Position numbers and translations under genes: made by a program | Part shown: positions 36,630 to 45,742 of the stretch, piece by piece | Position numbering within the stretch: position 1 is the first letter of the stretch | Layout of the letters: the number at the start of each line of letters is the position of its first letter | Notes under the pieces: model-generated | Told to the model about the DNA's origin: nothing | The model's database searches: none | What the model saw: the letters and a program-made list of their open reading frames with translations, nothing else | Assembly (NCBI GenBank): GCA_963785305.1 | Contig: CAWAUV010000008.1 | Coordinates: forward strand, 672,001 to 736,000 | Direction of reading: 5' to 3' | Length of the DNA stretch: 64,000 nt | Source: an uncultured Planctomycetaceae bacterium | GTDB taxonomy: Bacteria; Planctomycetota; Planctomycetia; Pirellulales; PALSA-1355

Positions 36630-39554
36630 GTGAAAAAAACGCCCATGACCCTGGCGCTGCCCGCTAAAATCGCCGATCTGATGGGCTCCGACCGCCTCCA
36701 AGGCCGCGAGGTCCTGCTTGCCACGACAACCGACGTCGACGATGGCGGCGTGGCCGGCGAAGTTTGGCTGCTGGTCACCGACCATGAGCTCGCCACGATC
36801 GACTGGAACGACTCCACCGGCGGCCGGGGACGCGTGCTCCGCGCGATTCCGCTGGCCTCGATCACCGGGTACCGGGTGCAGTCGGAGGTGGGTTGCGGTT
36901 ATTTGCAGGCCCGGCAGAGTAGCGTCTGGTTCGATATTCTTCGCTTCACCAACCGGCTCACGCCGCACTTCGTCGAGGTGGCTCAAAAGCTCGAACGACT
37001 GCGATTGCGAAATGAGATCGTGGCCGAGCCCGAGGCATCTGTCGCGGCGCCGTCGGGCGATTGTCCGCTGGGCGGGGCCGCCGATTGCGCCGGTTGTGGC
37101 CAGCGTCCGGTGTCGGCTGGCAACTTGTGTTCGACCTGTGCGCCGCGAGCCGGAGTGTGGAGGCGAATCTTGCCGATGCTGCGTCCACATGCAGGCAAAG
37201 CCGCCTGGATCGGCGCCTTGTCGTTGGTGGCCGTGGCGGTCGAATGCTTGCCGCCGATGTTGCAAAAATATTTGGTCGACAATCTGCTCAGCCAGGGTAA
37301 CGGGGCGCACAAGGTCAAGATCGAGCTCGGCGGCGCCCTGATGGTGCTCGGCGTCATCGTCGGGAGCTTGGCCCTGGCCCGGGCAATCGCGGTGGGCCTC
37401 GCGATCTGGAAAGCGAAGCTTTCGAGCGAGGTCGGCGCCCGGCTTACGGCCGATTTGCGCACCCAGATGGTCGATAAATTGCAGCGTCTCTCGGTTTCTT
37501 ACCACGACCAGCATCAAGTCGGCGTGTTGATGAGCCGCGTGTCGTACGACACCGAGGCCATGCACACGCTCATGCATCAGATTTCCGGCGGCTTCTTGCT
37601 GCAAGTGCTCCAGCTTGTGGGCATTGGCGTGATGCTGTTCGTGCTCAATCCCAAGCTGGCGTTCTTCACCCTATTGCCGATGCCGCTCGTGGCGCTCGCG
37701 AATAGCTACTTTCTCAGGCACCTGCATCCGCGATACAACCGCTACTGGGAGGCTGTCGCCCGGCAGGCCGGCGCCTTGAGCAGCATGCTGTCGGGGATTC
37801 GGGTCGTGAAGACCTTTACCCAAGAGGCGCGAGAAAAAGAGCGGTTTCGCGAATCGAGCGAGCGGCTCCGCGAGAGCCGCGTGAGCGTCGATCTCGTCAC
37901 CTCGTCGTTCTCCTCGTTCGTCGGGTTTTTGTTCGGGCTAGGAGGATTGGTTGTGTGGTATGTCGGCGGCTTCGACGTGCTCACGGGCCAAATGACCCTC
38001 GGCTCGCTGATGGCCTTCTTGGCCTACTTGGCCATGTTCTACGCCCCGCTGACCACGATCACCGAAAGCATCACTTGGTTTAGCGGCTTTCTGACCGCCA
38101 GCCGGCGAATCTTCGAACTACTCGACACGCCGGTTCGGGTCGATGAGCCCACGCATCCGCAGTCGATCGCCGACTTCGCCGGCCGCATTCGTTTCGACAA
38201 TGTGCGATTCTCCTACGGCGACAACAAGCCTGGCCTCGAGGACATCAACTTCGAGGTGCGCCCCGGCCAGTCGATCGGCATTGTGGGTCCGAGCGGCTCC
38301 GGCAAGACCACGCTCGCCTGCTTGATCAGCCGACTCTACGATGTGAGTGGCGGCAGCATCACGCTCGACGGCATCGATGTTCGTAAGATCAGCAGCCGCG
38401 AGCTGCGCCGCCGGGTGGGCATGGTATTGCAAGACTCCTTCTTGTTCGAGGGCACCATCGCCGCGAACATCGTGTATGGAAATCCCGACTCGCTGCCCGA
38501 CAAGATCATCGCCGCCGCCAAGGCCGCCAGTGCCCATGAATTCATCATGCGCCAGCCGTTTGGCTATGAATCGCTGATCGGCGAGCGTGGCTCGGGCCTT
38601 TCGGGCGGCGAACGGCAGCGGCTGTCGATTGCCCGGGCCATTTTGTATGAACCGCAGATTCTGATTCTCGACGAAGCGACGAGCAGCGTCGACACCGAGT
38701 CGGAAAGGATGATCCAAGAAGCGGTCGACCGATTTTCGAAAGGCCGCACGACGCTCACGATCGCGCATCGCCTCTCGACGCTCAAAAACGCCGATCAACT
38801 CTTGGTGCTCGATCGCGGCCGGCTCGTCGAGCATGGGACTCACGACGAATTGCTCGCCAATCGCGGTCTGTATTCGCGGCTTGTGCGCATGCAACATGGC
38901 AAGGAGGCGGCCCAGCTCGCGGCCGCGCGGCTCGGACAAAAAACCGCGAGTGGTGATTCGCCCGCGAGCCCTGCTGGCGAGGCGCTGGCCGCGGACCACG
39001 CCGCCGAAGCCCGGGCGCAAGAGCACGAGTCATCGGCCCCGAGCCCCTGGCTGACGCGTTGGCTCGACCCGTCGGAAATGCGCGTGACGGCCGGCGAGCA
39101 TGGCGTGCTTACGGTCGAGCTCGATGGCCACACGCTGTACGGCGTTTCCGCGGCGCGGGCTTTTCCGGCCACGCATTCCGATGAATATCTGAGCGTGCGT
39201 CATGTCGATGTCCAGAATCGCGATTACGAAGTGGGCATGATTCGCAGCCTCGGCGAATGGCCGGCCGAGGCGCAAGAACTGATTCGCCGTTCGCTCAATC
39301 GCCGGCATTTGCTCCGAATGTTGACCGGCATCAGCTCGATGCGCGCGAGCAAGGGCGCCCTTTCGTGCGTCGCCCAGACCGACGCGGGCGAAATCGCGTT
39401 TACGCTCTCGGCCGGTCCGGAGAGCATCAAGAAGTTTGGCCCGCGCGGGCGATTGCTGATCGACGTCGACGGGAATCACTACTTGATCGCCGACCTGAAT
39501 CTGCTTCCTCCCAGCCGCCGCCGCCAACTGCAACTCCAGTTCGCCGACTTCTAA
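36630..39554 (+). CDS. ABC exporter (TMD+NBD) with N-terminal extra domain plus Cys cluster and C-terminal DUF1854-like domain
   Basis: GPSGSGKT, LSGGERQR, ILDEATS, IAHRLST; N-terminal CAGC..CSTC; C-terminal RAFPATHSDEYLS...LIDVDGNHYLI. Confidence 0.9.
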   Translation: MKKTPMTLALPAKIADLMGSDRLQGREVLLATTTDVDDGGVAGEVWLLVTDHELATIDWNDSTGGRGRVLRAIPLASITGYRVQSEVGCGYLQARQSSVWFDILRFTNRLTPHFVEVAQKLERLRLRNEIVAEPEASVAAPSGDCPLGGAADCAGCGQRPVSAGNLCSTCAPRAGVWRRILPMLRPHAGKAAWIGALSLVAVAVECLPPMLQKYLVDNLLSQGNGAHKVKIELGGALMVLGVIVGSLALARAIAVGLAIWKAKLSSEVGARLTADLRTQMVDKLQRLSVSYHDQHQVGVLMSRVSYDTEAMHTLMHQISGGFLLQVLQLVGIGVMLFVLNPKLAFFTLLPMPLVALANSYFLRHLHPRYNRYWEAVARQAGALSSMLSGIRVVKTFTQEAREKERFRESSERLRESRVSVDLVTSSFSSFVGFLFGLGGLVVWYVGGFDVLTGQMTLGSLMAFLAYLAMFYAPLTTITESITWFSGFLTASRRIFELLDTPVRVDEPTHPQSIADFAGRIRFDNVRFSYGDNKPGLEDINFEVRPGQSIGIVGPSGSGKTTLACLISRLYDVSGGSITLDGIDVRKISSRELRRRVGMVLQDSFLFEGTIAANIVYGNPDSLPDKIIAAAKAASAHEFIMRQPFGYESLIGERGSGLSGGERQRLSIARAILYEPQILILDEATSSVDTESERMIQEAVDRFSKGRTTLTIAHRLSTLKNADQLLVLDRGRLVEHGTHDELLANRGLYSRLVRMQHGKEAAQLAAARLGQKTASGDSPASPAGEALAADHAAEARAQEHESSAPSPWLTRWLDPSEMRVTAGEHGVLTVELDGHTLYGVSAARAFPATHSDEYLSVRHVDVQNRDYEVGMIRSLGEWPAEAQELIRRSLNRRHLLRMLTGISSMRASKGALSCVAQTDAGEIAFTLSAGPESIKKFGPRGRLLIDVDGNHYLIADLNLLPPSRRRQLQLQFADF

Positions 39555-39838
39555 ACCGCCCGCTTCGCGATCACCCCCCCGCGCTAGGGTCATCGCGCGG
39601 ATTATCGCCGCGTTTCTTGTCTTCGCGCGCTCCGCTTCGCTTCGTCTTTGCCCCTGCCTCTATTTCCCCCGCCTAAATCCGCGGATTTCGGATGCGGTAT
39701 GTAGCGTCTTGCAACTTTCCGTAATCTTTGCAAACTTCAGCGGTTTGGGAGCGTCGAGACGGGCGGAATCGGGTACAATGATCCCTTGATACTTGCGTGT
39801 GTCGCCCGCGTGTTCCTCCCTTTAGCCGGAGCGTCGTC

Positions 39839-40168
39839 ATGGAAACTCAAAAAGCCATCGAAATCATTCAGGGTCGCGAGCATGTCGGTCGCTTGGTGAA
39901 TAGCCTTTTTCCCTGGAAAAACGAGGGTCTGCCAAAAGGCATCACCGCGATGCGCAAGAAAGTGTCGGAGGGAAATAAACAATTTGCCGAGAATGGCTGG
40001 GACGGCATGTGCGCCGCATTCGCATCGCCGCGACTGCGGAAGCGGGCGTTGACTTATATGTGCGTCGACGCCTCGATCAGTCCGACCGAAGCCATCGCGA
40101 TCGTGCAATACGAAATCTATCGCGAGCACATTAAGGGCGAAGAGCCGACCGAACTCGCGTCGCGCTAG
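39839..40168 (+). CDS. Hypothetical protein
   Basis: 109-aa ORF with normal composition and GGAG upstream. Confidence 0.65.
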   Translation: METQKAIEIIQGREHVGRLVNSLFPWKNEGLPKGITAMRKKVSEGNKQFAENGWDGMCAAFASPRLRKRALTYMCVDASISPTEAIAIVQYEIYREHIKGEEPTELASR

Positions 40169-40328
40169 GCGCCGCATGTTTTCGATGAAATCGGGCGGCC
40201 AAGCGTCTGCATCGCGACGGTTTTTTTCGAAAACCGGAGCAATTCGCGAGCGCCTCGCGTTTTCTTCTCGCCAGCGCCTGCCCCAAGCATATTTCCGAAA
40301 GACGATTCACCCCAGGAAAGTAGTCTGC

Positions 40329-40619
40329 ATGGCACAACGCAACCGATTCAATGCCGAACGCAAGAGTAGAACCGCCCCGCCGCCGCCGCGCAAGACCCCG
40401 CCCGAGGCGATGGTCAAGAAGCCGGTGATCGAATACGGCAAGCCATTTGTTCTGCTGGAAGACAGCAAGAAGAACACTTTTGGCTACGAGGGCGGCGCAT
40501 GGACTCCCTACGCGATGACGATCGCCCAGTGCCGGCTCAACGATTTTCAGGTCAAGCAGCTCGCGCAAAAGGTCAACAACATGACCCGCTACGAAGTGCG
40601 AACCCCGCTTCCGAACTAG
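40329..40619 (+). CDS. Hypothetical protein
   Basis: 96-aa ORF with protein-like composition and AGGA upstream. Confidence 0.65.
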   Translation: MAQRNRFNAERKSRTAPPPPRKTPPEAMVKKPVIEYGKPFVLLEDSKKNTFGYEGGAWTPYAMTIAQCRLNDFQVKQLAQKVNNMTRYEVRTPLPN

Positions 40620-40788
40620 CCGACGCCGCGCCTCGCGGGATGATCTCATGACGGCCCGCGCGTTCTCGAACCGACTCGCGGGCCTTATGTTTCCCTGCGA
40701 TTCAATCGGGACAGCAAATGCTCTCATTGTCCGCGCGAGCTGAATTCGCTTGCCAGATGATCGTTTGCGATACGCGCCAAGCGGCCCA

Positions 40789-41940
40789 TCAAGAGCCCCA
40801 TTCCGGCGATGGCGCCGCGCCCTCGAGAAACGTGAAATATTCGGCAAGCGGTCCGGATTTCAAGGCGGCAAGCGTCGTCGAGCAGACCGCGACTCGCTTG
40901 CCGCGGAGAAACTGATGCCCGCGGTCGTCGGTCACCATTTGGAACGGTCCACGGTATACGGCGGTCGCCGCGACCGGTGACTGCTCGACGACCGGCTTGC
41001 GGCCCAATGCCTTGAACTGGCGCAGCTCGACTCCATCGACCGTGAAACAAGCAGACGCCGCCAGCATCGTCAGTTGCACGTCGATCCATCCCGCGGCGGC
41101 CAGAGTCTCGGCTGGCCAATCCTCGAGGGGAACGTGCGAAACCAAGGCTGCCGGCCCGGGCAGCGCCGGCGGCTTCTCCAAAGGCCGATCGGCCACGAGG
41201 CCATGGGCCAAGATCGTTCCGCCCGGCCGCAAAACGCGCAGCGCTTCGGCCAGGAACCGCGCCAACGGAGCCGGCTCATGGAGTCGATTGAACGTGCCCT
41301 GCAGGTACACTTCATCGATCGAGTCGTCGGACAAATCCAAACGCTCGGGCAAGGGCTGCGCAAGATTGTGAAGCCACGTCGCTGCCGTGGGCTTCACGGG
41401 ACGCGACGCCGATAGGCTGACAAGGGCCTCGCTCGCGGCAGGCGCGCAGGCCATCGACGCCGGGTGACAGGTCGCGATGCCCTCGGCCGATTCCGATTCG
41501 TGATGCCGGCTGGTTTGATCGACATTGTCGTCGTGCAGGATATAAAGTTCCCACAGCGTGCCATCGGGATCGTTGACCCAAAACTTCGTCTGCCGGGAAT
41601 AGCAACACACGACTCCCTCTTCGCGCTGGGTCGCGTAGCCGGCCGTCTCCAGCCGGGCCTGGGCTTCGACAAGCCGTTTGGCGTCGATCAGACGGAGGCC
41701 GACATGGTTCAGCGCGCCCGCGCCGGAATGCGCCACCGGCATGAGCGACAACACCAGCGGCGGTTCATCGATCTCGAACTTAGCGTAATCGCCGCGCGCC
41801 TTCGCGGGCGCCACGCCAAACAAGGCGCGATAAAACGCCATGGCCCGCGAAAGGCTGCCGACATTCAACGACAAGTGAAAACGCACCAGCGTTTCCGAGG
41901 CGCCGGCGTCGCGAACGGATGCGGGGGAGACAGTCGCCAT
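40789..41940 (-). CDS. ArsI/CadI-family VOC metalloenzyme fused to a degenerate ArsM-like methyltransferase domain
   Basis: FHLSLNV..YAKF..LNHVG..CCYSRQTKFWVNDPDG..WELY, then RVLRPGG...YRGPF..VTDDRGH.F.RG.RVAVC. Confidence 0.85.
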   Translation of the reverse strand: MATVSPASVRDAGASETLVRFHLSLNVGSLSRAMAFYRALFGVAPAKARGDYAKFEIDEPPLVLSLMPVAHSGAGALNHVGLRLIDAKRLVEAQARLETAGYATQREEGVVCCYSRQTKFWVNDPDGTLWELYILHDDNVDQTSRHHESESAEGIATCHPASMACAPAASEALVSLSASRPVKPTAATWLHNLAQPLPERLDLSDDSIDEVYLQGTFNRLHEPAPLARFLAEALRVLRPGGTILAHGLVADRPLEKPPALPGPAALVSHVPLEDWPAETLAAAGWIDVQLTMLAASACFTVDGVELRQFKALGRKPVVEQSPVAATAVYRGPFQMVTDDRGHQFLRGKRVAVCSTTLAALKSGPLAEYFTFLEGAAPSPEWGS

Positions 41941-41973
41941 GGGTTAATTTCCTCGGGTCTTGGTTTGTGAAGG

Positions 41974-43272
41974 CTAGGCGGCGGAAGGTCGGGCGGGTTG
42001 GGCGTCGACGCGGAAGAGCCAGCGCGGCGCGGGAACAAGCGCCGTGGCGATTGCCAGCGCGACCGTCGCGAGGCTGAGCATGGGAAAGATGGCCAGATAT
42101 GAGCCGTATTGATCGTGCGAATAGCCGAGCACGACCGGGCCGAAGGCCGAAGCGATGACGGTCATCATCTGCGCCGCGCCCTGGATTTTGCCCAACTCTC
42201 GTTTTCCGAACCAGCGCGCCCAGACCGCGAAAAACACGATGGTCACCAGTCCGCCACTGGCTGCCATGACGGTCGCATAGGCATAGAGCTCGCCCCGCGT
42301 TTCGACTCGCGGAAAGAAGATCATGGCGGCCGAGATCAGCGTCAGCGCGGCCGACATTTGCCAGCGGAGCGAAATGCGTTCGGCGAGCAGGCCGCCAGCC
42401 AAGTTCGCGGTCATGCCGACCAGGAAACTCAGCGAAGTGACCGAGTAGTAATCGTCGGCCGAAAATCCCCGCTCGGCGAAGATCGCCTGGTTAAATAGAG
42501 AGACTCCCGAACTGATCAGCAAGAAACCCGAGCTCGCGAGCGCAAAAGCCCAAAATGCCGGCGTCATGAGCGCTTGGACGATGGTCGCGCCAAACGAATC
42601 GTCGGGCGAATGCTTCGCATCGCCCTTGCCGGCGGTTTCGGGATCTCGCGTTATCATCCACGCGGCGATGGCGAGCCCGAGCAGCGCCAGGCCGACATCG
42701 AACCAGGCGGAACGCCAGCCGGTTTGCTTCACCAGTCGCCCGACTAGGGGAAACGCCATGGAGAATCCAACACTCATCAACACCGAAAAGATTCCGGTGG
42801 CCGGGCCGAGAGCCCGACCCTCGAACCAATTGCCCAGCACCGCCAAGCTGGCGAGCGACAGCATGCTTTGCCCGAAGCCGCGCGAGGCCGTGACCGCGAA
42901 AAAGAGCGCGGTGGCGCTTTCGATTTGGCTCGTCGTCAGCACTACCACGGCCAGCGCGAAGAGAGCGAACGTCAGCGAGCGTCGTGGGCCATGGCGGTCG
43001 ATCATCCAACCAAACGGCGCGCAGGCCGTGGCGCCGATGAGCGTCGCCCAAAAATTAAGCTTTCCCATCGCCAGCGCGCTGAGGTGAAACTCGTCCATGA
43101 GCTGGGAGGTGATCAGGCCCAGGCCATGGGTCCGGCCGGGCAGGGTGCCGACCATCGCCATCGCCGCGACGGGAACCATCCACGAGCGGCGATCAAAGGC
43201 CGCGGATCGAATGGCTTCGAGGCGGCTGGCTTGGCCTACGTCGCCGACCAGGGGAGAGGGATTTTCGTGCAT
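41974..43272 (-). CDS. MFS transporter
   Basis: About 12 TM helices; motif A-like GWMIDRHGPR and GLLAERISLR. Confidence 0.9.
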   Translation of the reverse strand: MHENPSPLVGDVGQASRLEAIRSAAFDRRSWMVPVAAMAMVGTLPGRTHGLGLITSQLMDEFHLSALAMGKLNFWATLIGATACAPFGWMIDRHGPRRSLTFALFALAVVVLTTSQIESATALFFAVTASRGFGQSMLSLASLAVLGNWFEGRALGPATGIFSVLMSVGFSMAFPLVGRLVKQTGWRSAWFDVGLALLGLAIAAWMITRDPETAGKGDAKHSPDDSFGATIVQALMTPAFWAFALASSGFLLISSGVSLFNQAIFAERGFSADDYYSVTSLSFLVGMTANLAGGLLAERISLRWQMSAALTLISAAMIFFPRVETRGELYAYATVMAASGGLVTIVFFAVWARWFGKRELGKIQGAAQMMTVIASAFGPVVLGYSHDQYGSYLAIFPMLSLATVALAIATALVPAPRWLFRVDAQPARPSAA

Positions 43273-43370
43273 GGGAGCGCCGCGAGAAAGCTGGCTTTAA
43301 ACCCTTCGCGCCCGGGGAAGGGGGCGCGATATGGGGCAAACATATCAGGAAGTTATCTTTGGTCCGTTCC

Positions 43371-44159
43371 TTACTTGAAGTACACGTCGGACCTGCCGTG
43401 CTCGGCATAACGCTGTTTGAGCCAAGCGTGAAACTCGCGGTAATGCGCGTCGCGACGGTCGCCGCCATCGTGGTCGGCGTTATAGCTCAAGTACAACTGC
43501 CGCCGCCAGCGCGGGCTGCGATTCGGCGACGAGCGATGCGGGGTGAAACAGCCGAATAGCGCGATATCGCCCGCGTTTAAGTCAAGCCGCACGCCGCGCG
43601 ACTCGTCGACCGACGAGAGCGGTAGATCGTGGTACATGCCGTCTTTCGGCGAAAGGTAACCGGCGCGGTGATATCCCGGAAAGACTTCCGTGGCGCCGTT
43701 CGCATTGTCGGCCGGGTCGATCGCGATCAGCACCGTGATGAATGTCTCGGGGAATTCGGGCCAGCCGATATAATCCTGGTGCAACTCGTAGCCGATCGTG
43801 CCCGGCGGTTTGTAGATCAGCTTGTCCTTGAACAACCGAGCCGGCGAGCCATAGATGGCCGACAAAGGCGCAAGAATGCGTTCGTCGTGCGCGAAGCGCG
43901 CCGACACGGGGCCGCAATCGATCACGGGATCGAAGCATTCGAACACGCACTGGCCCGAGTCGATCTCGGTTTTCCAGCGGCAGCGGAGGTTATCGGTGTC
44001 GACCAGGTCGTGTCGCCACCAAAGCCCCGAGGCCTCTTGATCCAATGCGGCGATCTCGTCGGGCTGGAACACGCCCCGCAAAATCAAGAAGCCCTCGTCG
44101 CGATACTTGCGAAGCTGATCGTCGTCGAGGGCGGCGGCGGAGGCGGGTTTCGTCGTCAT
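43371..44159 (-). CDS. PhyH-family Fe(II)/2-oxoglutarate dioxygenase (PhnY-like)
   Basis: YRDEGFL, LFKDKLIYKPPG..GYELHQD, NGA..FPG.H, TPHRS.PN.S...RRQLYLSYN. Confidence 0.9.
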   Translation of the reverse strand: MTTKPASAAALDDDQLRKYRDEGFLILRGVFQPDEIAALDQEASGLWWRHDLVDTDNLRCRWKTEIDSGQCVFECFDPVIDCGPVSARFAHDERILAPLSAIYGSPARLFKDKLIYKPPGTIGYELHQDYIGWPEFPETFITVLIAIDPADNANGATEVFPGYHRAGYLSPKDGMYHDLPLSSVDESRGVRLDLNAGDIALFGCFTPHRSSPNRSPRWRRQLYLSYNADHDGGDRRDAHYREFHAWLKQRYAEHGRSDVYFK

Positions 44160-44411
44160 CGGCCGAAAGGTTCGCACGGGCAGGCTCGATTAGGCGCACT
44201 GGGAAGCAAGCCCATCCATCGCATTCCATCCAGCGATCGTCGGAATGCATGGTCTCGTTCGCGCGGCCCGAGGAGCCCCCTGGAGCCGGCAGCGCCGATC
44301 GCATACAGATATAGCATGCCGGCCGGCGCGAACAAACCCCCTTGAAAAAAGCGGAAATCCGCGTCGGGTGGTTCGTGCGCGAATGAATACAGTCCGGCGG
44401 TGCGCTTCTCC

Positions 44412-44466
44412 GGCCGATTTTTCGTCCGGCCGAGTGTTCGTCAGGCCGAGTGTTCGTCAGGCCGAG
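44412..44466 (-). repeat. About 3.4 x 16-bp tandem repeat overlapping a stop codon
   Basis: ggccgatttttcgtcc / ggccgagtgttcgtca x2 / ggccgag. Confidence 0.9.
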
Positions 44467-44675
44467 AGCGAGGCCGCATAGCCGCTCGCGGTGAGCGAGT
44501 AGGCGTCGCGCGGACGCTCCTTCACCACGAGCTTTCGCTCCATCAGCGAGTTGACCGCTCGGGCGAATTCGCGCGGGTTCGACTTCGCGCGACCGCTGTT
44601 GAGAAACAGCATCTCATGGCTGCGGGCCCGATACACTCGAAACTGACGAAGAATTGCCACTTCCGCGTTGCTCAT
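44457..44675 (-). CDS. Small winged-helix-like protein
   Basis: 72 aa; AVNSLMERKLVVKE...YSLTASG resembles the recognition helix and wing. Confidence 0.6.
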   Translation of the reverse strand: MSNAEVAILRQFRVYRARSHEMLFLNSGRAKSNPREFARAVNSLMERKLVVKERPRDAYSLTASGYAASLSA

Positions 44676-45022
44676 AAAGTCCCTTTGCTAGAAAAGAGGA
44701 TTTGTGGGAAGCGAACAGCGGCTCCAAGCGCGGGCGGCCGCGGCTTCGGCGGTTCCGCGTTTCGGCTTGGATGCGTTCATTTTCGAGGGGTTCAGAGAGC
44801 TTGCCGCGGCCCGTTTCGCGCACCCGTGCTCGCTGGCGCCCCCGGGCGTCTCTTGTAGAGGCATTCTAGCAGGGTTTTGTTCGCGGAGGGCCGAAAAATA
44901 ACGGAATCGTCGAGAAAATCACGCGTCTTGCAGGCCGAACTTCGTCTTTTCAAGGCGAAAAAGACGCTTTCGAGCCAATCATGGCCATCGACCATGTGGC
45001 CAGGAGCCAAGCAAGCCAACGC

Positions 45023-45063
45023 AAAAGGCCGAGGGGCGATCCGGTGTCCGGAACCCCTCGGCC
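45023..45063 (-). terminator. Putative intrinsic terminator of the RRM gene
   Basis: GGCCGAGGGG...CCCCTCGGCC stem followed by TTTT on the minus strand. Confidence 0.6.
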
Positions 45064-45115
45064 GATTAAATGCGTGTGTTATACGTTGAGGCGTTCTGGC
45101 GAGGCGCCGCGACGC

Positions 45116-45481
45116 TTAGCGACGGCCGCCGTAGCCGCCACCACCACCACCGCCGCCGCCGCCGTAGCCGCCGCCGCCGCCGCCACGTCCGCCGCGACCG
45201 CCACCGTAGCCACCGCCGCCGCCGCCACGCTCTTCGCGGGGCTTGGCTTCATTGACCGTTAGCGGGCGGCCTTCGTGTTCTTTTTCGTGCAGGCCCTTGA
45301 TGGCTTCGCGAGCGGCGTTTTCATCGCCCATCTCGACGAATCCGAAGCCCTTGCTCCGGCCCGTGTCACGGTCTTCGATCACTTGTGCGCTTTGCACCGC
45401 GCCAAACGGGGAGAACAGTTCTTCCAAAGTCGCGCTGGTCACACTGTAGCTGAGATTACCGACATAAAGCTTCTTACCCAC
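45116..45481 (-). CDS. RRM RNA-binding protein with Gly-rich tail
   Basis: KLYVGNL (RNP2), KGFGFVEM (RNP1), GGY/GGR tail; AAGGAG before GTG. Confidence 0.95.
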   Translation of the reverse strand: MGKKLYVGNLSYSVTSATLEELFSPFGAVQSAQVIEDRDTGRSKGFGFVEMGDENAAREAIKGLHEKEHEGRPLTVNEAKPREERGGGGGGYGGGRGGRGGGGGGYGGGGGGGGGGYGGRR

Positions 45482-45742
45482 TGAAATAACTCCTTGCAGG
45501 GGCTTGGCCGACCCGATGTTACTTTCCGGGTCGAAACGAAAGGGGCCAGAATGGTGGCCCGCCAAGTAGGAAAGGCGAGAGAGGAGGCAGCGGGCGGATA
45601 CGAAAGACCCAAGCGCTACGGTTCGCGTCGTCAAACCGACTGAGCCCTAATATACCATCGGAGGCCTCGCGGAAAAGGCCAAATTCTTTCCCGCTTGGCG
45701 ATCTGGGCCGGCCGGGCGGTCCCGGGAATTTGGTTTCCGCCC

